Virus record (IMG/VR): IMGVR_UViG_3300042890_002482
Location: 1 to 60,514 of that record
Origin: a virus
Lineage: Duplodnaviria; Caudoviricetes
Reading direction: 5' to 3' (one strand)
Length of the DNA stretch: 60,514 nucleotides
Below, in pieces: positions 46,900 to 56,651 of this stretch. The notes beneath the pieces were generated by a model. It was not told the DNA's origin and did no database searches. It saw only the letters and a program-made list of their open reading frames with translations. Each line of letters begins with the position of its first letter. The first letter of the stretch is position 1. A program made the position numbers and the translations under genes.

Positions 46900-49800
46900 A
46901 TGGCGACAGAACAACTATTTGACTACAATAGTTCCTTTGGAGTACTTAGGACAAATCCTAAGTTAACTGGGAATCTAAAACTGACCCTAGATTCTACGGG
47001 AGGAATGTGGTTCAATTCGATGGATGTGAATCCAACCCTAAGCCTTCAGAAATATAAAAAGTTTAGCATCACGGGAAAAAACACGTATGCTAAGGACGTT
47101 TATAATTTCTTCGACGAGGGAAAAACCCCTAACGACGTAATTTTCCAGGTTGGAAATTTTACGAACGGAGCTAGCCAACCGGCAGACAACTTTAGTTCCC
47201 AGTATGATTTTTTCTATGGATCGGGAGCTTCAACCCTGATCGATAGAAACTACACGGAGAACTTCAAGTACTTTCAGCCTCTTTGGATTAGAGATGTCCT
47301 TCCTGAATTCTTCGTCATCTTTAAAGTTCCTCAACCTTTAAGCTACCCTTATCCAACCAACGTCTCTACCATTTCGGATGGGATTCAGTATAAAGTTATA
47401 GCTAGTCCAAATTCTACAACCCCATTTATTATTAAATATTGGGACAACCAGACCAGCAGATTTATTGAATATGCTGATGGGGAATTTTTCTACGGAAATA
47501 GCATTTACAACACTTATACGGTAGTTCAGGGATCTGGAGTTGTAACGGAGATGAACGAACTGAAGTACTACGACGAGGTGAACAACGTCGAAGATTTTTT
47601 CAACTCGAAAGTACTTCCTTATGCACAGGTAATTTCCACCTTCGATCTTAGGTCTAATACCCCAATCGGAGCATATATTAGATCTCTAGTAAACAATCCT
47701 GGGTTCAGCAACAACCCAATCGATGTTTCTTTCCAGCCCAATACATTCTCCTATTTCAATGGGGTTAGCATTAAAGAGGGTGTTTTGACCCAGAAGGGGG
47801 AACTCTTAAATAGCTACTTTACTTCCCCATCCTCTAGTTCACAAATTGATTTTGAGGAGTATATTACTGATGGATTTTCTCGAAACGGGATAATTTGTCC
47901 CAATGTATTGAATCTAGAATTTTTATTCGATGACCCAGACTCTGATCTTTATACCATCAACAGGTATATGGGATTCTATGTTTCTAGAAATGATCTTGGA
48001 GAATTTAAACTAAATGGACAATATTTCTACGACAATAGAAACGATGCGGATAATCTAAATCTTCCTAAACCGACCAGAAATAATCTAGGCTATTACTACA
48101 ACTCAAATCCGGCTTATCAGAGCAGCACTGGCGGGGTTAGACTCTACTACGAGGGTGCTTCTGGATGGATGCCTGGATCTGAAGACGTCAACGTTAAAGA
48201 CCCACAGAAACTGTACTATGTCGTCGATAAGTTGGAAAGATTTTATAGTTTATCCAGATACGAGAACTACGTCCAGAATGCCATTTATCCCGATGGGATC
48301 TGGTTGAACAACACTCCGGATTATCTGAGGTTTGGGCCTTACTATCCGAACAATCAGAACATTGACAAGGCCTATTCTGTTTTAGACGCAGATTCTCAGT
48401 ATGGGTATGTTAATATTTTAACTCTAGGAGATCATGGATTCGAGGACGGGTCATTAGTAACCATTACTGGATCTACTCCTCAGATTAATGGGCCTTGGAG
48501 GATTACAGTCCCTTCGGGAGCTACCGGGAATTCATTCCAAATCCCAATCGCTCTCTCTGCTGGAGCTGGAGTTGTTACCGGGAGTACCGGGTATATTCCT
48601 GGATCTACCGTAAACTACGTCGACACCACGGTGTACCCCTCCCAGGGTGCTTCTGGAGGTTTGATCGCGGGAACTACCGGATCTACCGTTTATCAGACTG
48701 GATCCCTGGTAATTGGAGACACCAAAGTTGATCTACTGGACTTTACCGGCCCCGACGAGAAGATAGGATCCTATATAGGAAACATCACAGGAGAAAGGGG
48801 AAGATCTTACATGAACGTCACGTTCCAACAGTCCTTGGATCTTTCCAACCCAGTTATTTTCAAGATCTTCTGGCCTAATGGGTCCAGGGGAGAACTGAAT
48901 AACAAGTATGATCTGGTTACTTCAGGAGACTATGCGGGAACCCTAACTGGATGGTCTGCAGGATCTTATTATTCTACAGGAGACGACTTCTACTTCAATT
49001 GGACTCAGGGAACACCTACCCAGATAGCGAAGGCATTCACTGGAGCAGTTTCTGACATTTCCACAGTGGTTTGGGATGCTGCAACGTCAAGTGCTGGATC
49101 AACTTCACCTGCGGATGCAATTATTAGAATTAAGAATCCAGGAGCAAATCAGAATCTACAGTATTCTATCAGCGTCTTCTCGGACTACCCTGCATTTGAA
49201 GCAAGCTATACCGGTACCTGGAACAACACTTCTGCCTACTCGGTAGGATCTATTGTTACCTACGACAACAACTACTACGAGACAACCACAGCGGTTGCCC
49301 AGAACACGTTCAATACGAACTTACCTCCGACAGAGTCTGACGACTGGACACCCTACTATCCTTTCTCGTATCCTGGATACGTTAGTATCGGAGGAGTTGA
49401 TGCGTCACAAATATCTTACGTGCAAAACTTCGTAGGTGGAACCAACTACACTAGGAATAGAGTTGCCTTCTCTGCTGCAGAATCCGGAAATGTCATACCT
49501 GGAAACTGGATTCAGGTCCAGTCGGGAAAGGGAATAACCGGGGGAATGTCTCAGATTTCTTCTGCGACTAGATACGTCGATTCCCCAATCTACGACAACG
49601 ATCCTTTAGCAGTGACCGGAACCGTAACTGGATTTAAGGGATATCAAGAATATTTAGTTGCAAATCTTTCGGATAACAGTGCCATCATTGAACTTGGATC
49701 AAATTCAAGCTTCAATGTCTTTAGCATGGCTAAACTCTATTCTGGAGTTTTCACCTTCTTCGACCTTAAAACTATCGATTTTGACTTCTGGTCTTCCTCA

Positions 49801-52800
49801 TATGGAATAACACCAACCCCAGAATTCCACAGATATTTCCAACTAGTTCCTAATCAGAATGGACAGATCAAAGTTGGTGTAAAATACTATGTAAGGCAGG
49901 GGCAGATTCGGGTAGAAAAAGGAACGATCAACGAGAGAGTAATCAATCCCGGGCAGGTCTTCATAGGTCTTTCTTCTACCTCTTTTGAGGATCTCTTGTT
50001 GAACGGACAGAACGCAATCGTTCTTCCTGCGGTGTTCACTAGAATGGGATACGTCAATTCTGTTCTTTCGACCCCTATCTATAACTACGGAGGTAGCGTT
50101 CAATCTGAGCAGGATCTGAATTCTTTCAATGGGTTCTACGGAATTCAAAGCTTGGTTCCTGATGAGATAGTAGATGAAAATATCAAGCAGACCCTATTCG
50201 AATATGGAAAACTGGACACCGAGTATGAGTTCTTAGAAGAGAACTACACTGTTACCAGAGCAAATAAATCTAGAATAGTTCCCTATATTAACAAGTGGGT
50301 TTACAACGGAGGAACAGACGCTAGAGGAAATTCGTACAGACTAAACGTTAGTCCTGCATTTACTCCCACCAACTTCTCTCCTGGATTCCAACAGGACATA
50401 CCAAACCCACAGTATCTCACCCACGAGTGGATGCTGCTAGAAGGTGTTCCTAGAGAATATCCTGCCTCTTCTATTTCTGCCCAGAACAACTATCTACCTT
50501 ATAAAATAGATTTGGCTAAGATTAGGGATGCTTCTCCTTCTAACGAGGACTATTTCGATTCTTACTTTACCGTAGATCCTATCGACTACCCTGGAATCTA
50601 CTACGACAAGACTGATCAGGTGAAAGAATTTTTCACCCCGTTCAAATACAATAAAACCACCGGGTTTTACGACACGATCTTTAGAGGGATTAAAATTTCC
50701 CTCAAGAGAAGAAGTACTCTTCCGAATCCACAGAGTGATCTGGATAAGTTTGTTACAAATTTCAGAGGATTCCAAGATTATAAATTTTCAGCTATTTTGA
50801 GAGTCGTTCCCGAGGATTCGAGCCAAATTCAGGCTCCTGTAAGGTACGAGGTGATAGAAAACGTTGCTCAAAAGTGCATCCTATTTGTTACCTACGTGGT
50901 GATCAAAGACTACAGAGCTCTTCCTCTGGATTACACAGGGAGCACAGGAGGAGATCCTTATCTGGATTATCTTCTGATGTATTCCCTGAGCAGCAAGAAG
51001 AAAGAAACTGCATTGGGACAAGCAGCTCTTCCTCCAACTGGACTTACCGGTGCAGCCGGTCCAACTGGATCACCCCTTTATGAAATAGACAGCATCAAGT
51101 TGAGTGCTGCTTTGGATCTTTCTTACTCCTCTCTAAGTCAGTGCAACCAAACTTCAAATGGGCAGATTTACATCATTCCAAATCCAGTATATGATACTGA
51201 TCTGAGAGAAGAAATTAATCTATACTACCCAGCAGGGGCTACCTCAATCTTAGGAGCTACCGGAGCTACCGGATCATTTACGGCAATTGCTGGATCCTCA
51301 TCTACTTCCCTGTATCCTTGGGCGACCGGAAGATCTCAGAACGTGGTTAATTTTGGCCCAACAAACCCAACCAACTACTACTTCGATATTCCTTTCTCCC
51401 CAACCTACCCTGGTCCTACATTAGATATTCCTCTTGCTTCCCAGGGAGCATATAGTAATAAACCAGTGACCCAAATTGGGGGAGGAGAAAACTACTTCGA
51501 CTTTATCATGAAGAGAATTTCTCTTTCCTATATAGCGGATAGGGTTAATACTAGCAGCCCATATGTGACCTACATCACATACGACTACACAACTTCGACA
51601 GGTCAAACTGTTGCTACCGATAATTATTTCGAACTGAGTTTTGTCCAGCCGACTGCTATCTTCAAACCAAATGGTCTAATTCCTATTAAGAGCTATACTG
51701 GCCCGCAGACACTAGGACAAAATCAACCGACCAGCTATGAGGTTGCTAATGGAGGTATTTCTCTGGCATCAGATATCCTAAGATATTCTGGCGGATATGA
51801 GCCTTTATTTGATAAAGTCATCATGTACAAAAACGATAAGATTGATTCAATCACAGGAGCAACTGGATTTAATCTCTCTTATAGAAACTGTACCTTCGCA
51901 CCTGAGAAATCTGGGTTTGGTCAAATTCAAAATTTGAGCTACACTAAAGTTTCCCTGGGAAGAAATATCCTCAGTCAGTCTCAGAATTTACCTCAGGGTC
52001 CAGTTTATCCCTTGGTCGGTCAGACCCCAATAGCACTGAAAGATTTTTCTATCTTTCTTTCTTCTTGGGATCCTGGATATTATAATTTATACACAAGCTC
52101 CACAGCACAAACACCTGTTGCTGGAACTAGATCGATGGTTGAAGACAAGACCTTCTTTGGATCTAAGATGATGCAGACTCCGGGCCAAGTAACAACATAT
52201 ACGTTTATTACCCTTGAGATCTCTAGGACAGCTGGGATATCTGATCCACAGATTATTAACCTACAAGCACAGGCAGCAACCTCTGCAATCCAGTCGATGA
52301 CACCTTCCACTTCCAATACTGGAATAGGACAGCTCGGTCCAGCCCTCTCTGGTGTGGATCTTACCAAACTTGATGAGAGCATTTACCCTGATATTGAGGT
52401 GTTCTGGCAGTATAATTCGGTGACTAGCAAAGTTTCTGGAGTTATCCGCCTGGATAGAATTATCAAAAGGTACCTTCTGAATTCTGGCATCAGCTCGGTA
52501 TTTACTGAAAATATCATTACTGAATACGGAGTTGGCAATCCAAATAGCATTCAGGACGATGTAAGGGCCTACATAGAACAGAACGTTATCCCAATCTATG
52601 AGGGAAAACAAATTGAACTTCTGGTGTTGAAGAAGGGTAAACCCCTTTCCTCAACACAGATCCTTGTAAGAGGGGACTTGATCAACCCAGATAAGGTTAA
52701 GTATGGGTATGTTCCACAGCCGAACTTTAGTTTAACACAAAGAACAAATCTGACCTATGAGTTCGAATACTCCTTAGATGCAAATCAAAACTACTCTTTA

Positions 52801-52830
52801 ACCTTCAATTTTGCGACAGGAAAAATATGA
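46900..52830 (+). CDS. Very large structural protein (1976 aa) with CBM5/12-like and duplicated beta modules
   Basis: Uninterrupted ORF; WNNTSAYSVGSIVTYDNNYYE motif; a 75-aa module shared with 29677..33993. Confidence 0.65.
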   Translation: MATEQLFDYNSSFGVLRTNPKLTGNLKLTLDSTGGMWFNSMDVNPTLSLQKYKKFSITGKNTYAKDVYNFFDEGKTPNDVIFQVGNFTNGASQPADNFSSQYDFFYGSGASTLIDRNYTENFKYFQPLWIRDVLPEFFVIFKVPQPLSYPYPTNVSTISDGIQYKVIASPNSTTPFIIKYWDNQTSRFIEYADGEFFYGNSIYNTYTVVQGSGVVTEMNELKYYDEVNNVEDFFNSKVLPYAQVISTFDLRSNTPIGAYIRSLVNNPGFSNNPIDVSFQPNTFSYFNGVSIKEGVLTQKGELLNSYFTSPSSSSQIDFEEYITDGFSRNGIICPNVLNLEFLFDDPDSDLYTINRYMGFYVSRNDLGEFKLNGQYFYDNRNDADNLNLPKPTRNNLGYYYNSNPAYQSSTGGVRLYYEGASGWMPGSEDVNVKDPQKLYYVVDKLERFYSLSRYENYVQNAIYPDGIWLNNTPDYLRFGPYYPNNQNIDKAYSVLDADSQYGYVNILTLGDHGFEDGSLVTITGSTPQINGPWRITVPSGATGNSFQIPIALSAGAGVVTGSTGYIPGSTVNYVDTTVYPSQGASGGLIAGTTGSTVYQTGSLVIGDTKVDLLDFTGPDEKIGSYIGNITGERGRSYMNVTFQQSLDLSNPVIFKIFWPNGSRGELNNKYDLVTSGDYAGTLTGWSAGSYYSTGDDFYFNWTQGTPTQIAKAFTGAVSDISTVVWDAATSSAGSTSPADAIIRIKNPGANQNLQYSISVFSDYPAFEASYTGTWNNTSAYSVGSIVTYDNNYYETTTAVAQNTFNTNLPPTESDDWTPYYPFSYPGYVSIGGVDASQISYVQNFVGGTNYTRNRVAFSAAESGNVIPGNWIQVQSGKGITGGMSQISSATRYVDSPIYDNDPLAVTGTVTGFKGYQEYLVANLSDNSAIIELGSNSSFNVFSMAKLYSGVFTFFDLKTIDFDFWSSSYGITPTPEFHRYFQLVPNQNGQIKVGVKYYVRQGQIRVEKGTINERVINPGQVFIGLSSTSFEDLLLNGQNAIVLPAVFTRMGYVNSVLSTPIYNYGGSVQSEQDLNSFNGFYGIQSLVPDEIVDENIKQTLFEYGKLDTEYEFLEENYTVTRANKSRIVPYINKWVYNGGTDARGNSYRLNVSPAFTPTNFSPGFQQDIPNPQYLTHEWMLLEGVPREYPASSISAQNNYLPYKIDLAKIRDASPSNEDYFDSYFTVDPIDYPGIYYDKTDQVKEFFTPFKYNKTTGFYDTIFRGIKISLKRRSTLPNPQSDLDKFVTNFRGFQDYKFSAILRVVPEDSSQIQAPVRYEVIENVAQKCILFVTYVVIKDYRALPLDYTGSTGGDPYLDYLLMYSLSSKKKETALGQAALPPTGLTGAAGPTGSPLYEIDSIKLSAALDLSYSSLSQCNQTSNGQIYIIPNPVYDTDLREEINLYYPAGATSILGATGATGSFTAIAGSSSTSLYPWATGRSQNVVNFGPTNPTNYYFDIPFSPTYPGPTLDIPLASQGAYSNKPVTQIGGGENYFDFIMKRISLSYIADRVNTSSPYVTYITYDYTTSTGQTVATDNYFELSFVQPTAIFKPNGLIPIKSYTGPQTLGQNQPTSYEVANGGISLASDILRYSGGYEPLFDKVIMYKNDKIDSITGATGFNLSYRNCTFAPEKSGFGQIQNLSYTKVSLGRNILSQSQNLPQGPVYPLVGQTPIALKDFSIFLSSWDPGYYNLYTSSTAQTPVAGTRSMVEDKTFFGSKMMQTPGQVTTYTFITLEISRTAGISDPQIINLQAQAATSAIQSMTPSTSNTGIGQLGPALSGVDLTKLDESIYPDIEVFWQYNSVTSKVSGVIRLDRIIKRYLLNSGISSVFTENIITEYGVGNPNSIQDDVRAYIEQNVIPIYEGKQIELLVLKKGKPLSSTQILVRGDLINPDKVKYGYVPQPNFSLTQRTNLTYEFEYSLDANQNYSLTFNFATGKI

Positions 52831-52844
52831 GGTCTAGATTTTTA

Positions 52845-52853
52845 GAATATATA
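52845..52853 (+). promoter_or_regulatory. Putative late promoter motif GAATATATA
   Basis: 16 nt upstream of ATG 52870. Confidence 0.55.
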
Positions 52854-52869
52854 AAGAAAGAAGAAATAA

Positions 52870-54333
52870 ATGCCTAATTTAACTATCATAAATCTTACTC
52901 TAGGGGACACCCAGGAAGATCTGGTAAACAAAATAAACCAGAACTTTGGGTCTATTGTTGCCAATGGAGGAGGACCACAGGGTCCAGACGGACCACAGGG
53001 AGACCAGGGATCAGTTGGCCCAGCGGGTCCAATCGGTGATCAGGGAGTTCCCGGTGAAAGAGGAACTAGATGGTTTCTTTCTTCTACCGAGCCTCTAGGG
53101 GGAACCGCAGGGGTTGGTATCGTTGTTGGAGACTACTGGGTAGACACGAACGAAGATAAGTTAGTTTATACTTATGCAACTGGAGGGTGGGTTTCCACCG
53201 GAGAAAATCTTCAGGCCCAGAACCCGTTCACGACTCTACCTGCAATTGTTGGTCCAGGAGGAGCCACATCTAAAAATGCAATAGTTCAGTCCTCATCTAC
53301 CCCAAACACAAATACGTTTGTTCTCAGCGATGCGGTTACGACCACAGTTAGTGCAAACCCAACATATGCTAAATTTTTAATTGCTACCCAGGCAACTAAT
53401 GGATTCCCTCTACTAGAATTTGCAAAGAGTAATCTAGCAACTGGACTTCCCGCAGACTACAACAGACACCCCTTCTTTGCATGGAAGAACCCTTCTGCTT
53501 CTGATTATGGACTTAGATTTGTTGTCCCTGGTGATCTCCTAGATATCATCGCAGGTGGAAATCTAACCCTTCAGAGTACCAGTGGAAACGTAAATATTAC
53601 CGGGGTTTCCGCATCTCTTTCAGCTACCAATTCGATGACTTTCACCTCATCTGGAAATCTGAACCTGAACACCGGATCCTCTAACCTTCTCATTTCTTCC
53701 AATCAGTTCAGCTTAAGTGCTGCTTCTGCTTCGTTTAGTGTTCCTGTTACCGTCATCGGTTCTTTTGGAGGAGTTTCTATGGTTTCTCTTTCGAACACTT
53801 CGACGGGAGGAGGACTAAATGTTAATCTCTCCGGAACAGCTTCTACCAGCAGATATCTGGCTAACTTCTCGGCTTCTGGAACTTCTAAATTCTATGTTAG
53901 ATCGGACGGAAAGGTAAAATTCGACAAGACCAATTTTGCTTATTCCACGTACGTAGCTAGCACCCCAACTTATACAATCTCGAATAAGAACTACTATATT
54001 ATTGGATCTAATATTCTAACCAACGGAAATAGAGTGGTTGTAAATTTAACTGCAGGATCATCTGGAATAGGGGTTGCTATTCCTCTAAACTCTGGATCTA
54101 CCGGTCTGTCTGACTATATAGCAATTGGAGAGTCCCTGACCATGAATATCTTCAGCTCTACCGCATCTAATACGATCTCTGGAATCTCCTATAGCACAAA
54201 CGGAACATCCAGTGCAGGGAATTCAACCTTCACCGCAACGACATCACTAACGGTCAACGTTCTCAGAACTGCCTCCAGTTCTTTCCTAATCTACTACGAT
54301 ACCCCTTCGGTTTCTGGAATATTTACAGTCTAA
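52870..54333 (+). CDS. Collagen-like tail fibre protein
   Basis: G-X-Y run GPQGPDGPQGDQGSVGPAGPIGDQGVPGERG after the GDTQEDLVNKINQNF anchor. Confidence 0.8.
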   Translation: MPNLTIINLTLGDTQEDLVNKINQNFGSIVANGGGPQGPDGPQGDQGSVGPAGPIGDQGVPGERGTRWFLSSTEPLGGTAGVGIVVGDYWVDTNEDKLVYTYATGGWVSTGENLQAQNPFTTLPAIVGPGGATSKNAIVQSSSTPNTNTFVLSDAVTTTVSANPTYAKFLIATQATNGFPLLEFAKSNLATGLPADYNRHPFFAWKNPSASDYGLRFVVPGDLLDIIAGGNLTLQSTSGNVNITGVSASLSATNSMTFTSSGNLNLNTGSSNLLISSNQFSLSAASASFSVPVTVIGSFGGVSMVSLSNTSTGGGLNVNLSGTASTSRYLANFSASGTSKFYVRSDGKVKFDKTNFAYSTYVASTPTYTISNKNYYIIGSNILTNGNRVVVNLTAGSSGIGVAIPLNSGSTGLSDYIAIGESLTMNIFSSTASNTISGISYSTNGTSSAGNSTFTATTSLTVNVLRTASSSFLIYYDTPSVSGIFTV

Positions 54334-54347
54334 TCTTCTGAGAAAAA

Positions 54348-56369
54348 ATGAGTTTTAACACGAACTACATACTGCCAGGAGACGATAAGAATCAGATACT
54401 TGGAAAGGTTAATTATAATTTTTCCCAGATCCTTGCCAATGCAGTTGGGCTCCCCGGGGAAATAGGTTCTAAAGGACCGACTGGAATCATCGGACAGGTC
54501 GGAAAAGACGGAGCAACTGGTGCTACTGGAACTAGAGCAAATCTTTGGTTTATTCAGGAGGACCAGCCATACGGCAACGTTCCCTATACGGAGACTCCTC
54601 TCATCAACTACGATATTTGGGTTAATACATCACCTTTAGGTCCAAGTGGTCCAAACAGAATCTACAGATACGACGGCAACAACACTTCTGGATACTACCC
54701 GTTCTGGGTGGATACCCTTTCTAATTTTGTAATTGATAGTCAGTTTACCCTACTTCAAGGAATCTACGGACCCGGAGAAGTAACCGAAGACGATGCAATT
54801 ATCATTTCCCCTAACTCTGGAACCGGACCTCTAAACACGACGTTCGTCTTCACCGACAGGGAAGTAACTGCCGCAGATGCAAACCCAAACTACGCTAAGG
54901 TTTTAATCGAGACCGATGCTTCTTTCACTGCTTCTCTTCCTATTTTTGGGGTCGATAAGACATTTTATTCTTCTTCTGGACTTCCTGCCTTCTATTGGAA
55001 GACAACAGGGACTGACTATGGTATTAAATTCTCCTCGGGGGAAGATTTGATAATCCAGTCTCAGGCGACAGGATCCTACGGATCTACTGGGGGGACTGCT
55101 TTTGTCTCCGCAAATAACATTAATTTTAGCTCTGCGACCACAATTGGGATTTCTGCTACTGGCGGATTGTCTATCAATTCACAGACCCTAGGATTTTCTA
55201 GCAGGAATTCAACCCTCAGTCCTGCTGGATTTGCCCTATCCAACATGTCATCTTCGATTGGGATTACTGCAGCATCTACCGGATATGCACTGGACATCAC
55301 TGGGACTCTGAGCGACTCTCAGACGGGGAGGAGAAACGTATTTAACTATTCAGGATTTTACGGGGGAACAACGAGAAACAGCTTGGGACTGTCCATGTCG
55401 GATAACACCTTATTTTCCGTTGGGAACTCCCCAGCTCCCGCTATTATCGATGCAACCTCAGCTGCTCTAGTTATTGGATACACTGGATCTACTGGAGTTA
55501 GCGGTGGAACAGGGGCAAACATCGTAAAGTCTTATCAATCTATAACAAATGCAGCTTCTTCCAGAGCTTCTATTAATGGAAATTTAAATAACTATATCGA
55601 GATCACACCATCGGACGATGTCATTCTGATCACACCTAATCCAACCGGGCCTATTATTTCTGATGGGAGCAGAATCAATCGAATCTGGATCCGCCTTACC
55701 TATCCAATTTATTACACTGAACCAGGTGAGGACTACTGTGTTGACCTCTTCATGAACAGCTCAACTTACTGCATAGGTGGTGTTTCAGTTTTGACTAATG
55801 ATTCCTACTCCAACTATACGATCAGTGATTCTGGCCAGACTAGCCCTGGACCTACCGGTGGATGCAGACACGTTAGAATCAATTTCTATGGATCAGAATT
55901 CCCCTCTGCAGTAAACTCAAGCGGGAATAAATTCTTCTATCTGGAGGCATTTTCTTCAGGATACAGTTCGTCAGTTCAGCTTCCCTATTATAATAATCGA
56001 TTCATTGGAGGATTCAAAGTAATTTGTACAGAGCTGCACCGACAGGGACTTATGTCGGATGAAATAAGAGAGGCGGACGAGAGATTTGGTAGAATGATTT
56101 CTGCAACTAGCCCAGAAACTATGCTTGGCTATCATTATTGGGCTATTCCTATCGTTAATCTGATGCAGAAGTCCCACTTATTTACTCGGATTGTTTGGAC
56201 AGTCGCTAGACCTTGGGCTTATCATATGGCATACAAGATGGGATCTTTTGAAAAAGACAACCTGATAGGTAAAGTTCTAATGAAGGTTGGTACCTTCATT
56301 TCTAAGGCTATTGGAAAGTCTATATCTTCTAGAAATCCAGAAAAATTGAATCAATTTGCTAATTTTTGA
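54348..56369 (+). CDS. Collagen-like tail fibre protein (paralog of the previous gene) with a distinct helical C-terminal domain
   Basis: GDDKNQILGKVNYNF anchor, G-X-Y run, shared NTTFVFTD..ANPNYAK..I block; C-terminal VICTELHRQG domain. Confidence 0.8.
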   Translation: MSFNTNYILPGDDKNQILGKVNYNFSQILANAVGLPGEIGSKGPTGIIGQVGKDGATGATGTRANLWFIQEDQPYGNVPYTETPLINYDIWVNTSPLGPSGPNRIYRYDGNNTSGYYPFWVDTLSNFVIDSQFTLLQGIYGPGEVTEDDAIIISPNSGTGPLNTTFVFTDREVTAADANPNYAKVLIETDASFTASLPIFGVDKTFYSSSGLPAFYWKTTGTDYGIKFSSGEDLIIQSQATGSYGSTGGTAFVSANNINFSSATTIGISATGGLSINSQTLGFSSRNSTLSPAGFALSNMSSSIGITAASTGYALDITGTLSDSQTGRRNVFNYSGFYGGTTRNSLGLSMSDNTLFSVGNSPAPAIIDATSAALVIGYTGSTGVSGGTGANIVKSYQSITNAASSRASINGNLNNYIEITPSDDVILITPNPTGPIISDGSRINRIWIRLTYPIYYTEPGEDYCVDLFMNSSTYCIGGVSVLTNDSYSNYTISDSGQTSPGPTGGCRHVRINFYGSEFPSAVNSSGNKFFYLEAFSSGYSSSVQLPYYNNRFIGGFKVICTELHRQGLMSDEIREADERFGRMISATSPETMLGYHYWAIPIVNLMQKSHLFTRIVWTVARPWAYHMAYKMGSFEKDNLIGKVLMKVGTFISKAIGKSISSRNPEKLNQFANF

Positions 56370-56390
56370 ATATAATACAGACAGATAAAT

Positions 56391-56651
56391 ATGGAGAAAA
56401 ATTTAACAGTTAAAGAGGAAAAAAGAGCAAGAAACTTGAAGACTAAATTTGGAGAGGTTCACTCCCAAATTCAGGGGGTTCAATTTGAAATTGAATTGCT
56501 AAACAAAAGAGCAAAAGAACTCATCGACAGCCTAGAATCTCTAAGAGAAGAGGAGGTTGACCTGGTTAAATACCTAGAAGAAAAGTACGGGCCGGGAAAA
56601 CTAAATCCTTTCACACTAATATACGAACTAAAAGACAATGGAAACACTTAA
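56391..56651 (+). CDS. Small coiled-coil protein, possible fibre chaperone
   Basis: 86 aa with heptads, ending LEEKYGPGKLNP; follows the fibre genes. Confidence 0.6.
   Translation: MEKNLTVKEEKRARNLKTKFGEVHSQIQGVQFEIELLNKRAKELIDSLESLREEEVDLVKYLEEKYGPGKLNPFTLIYELKDNGNT

Noticed and set aside
32920-48624. Duplicated module as a diversity-generating retroelement TR/VR pair
   Set aside because: Both copies are internal coding segments with differences at all base types rather than adenine-specific ones, and there is no reverse transcriptase here.
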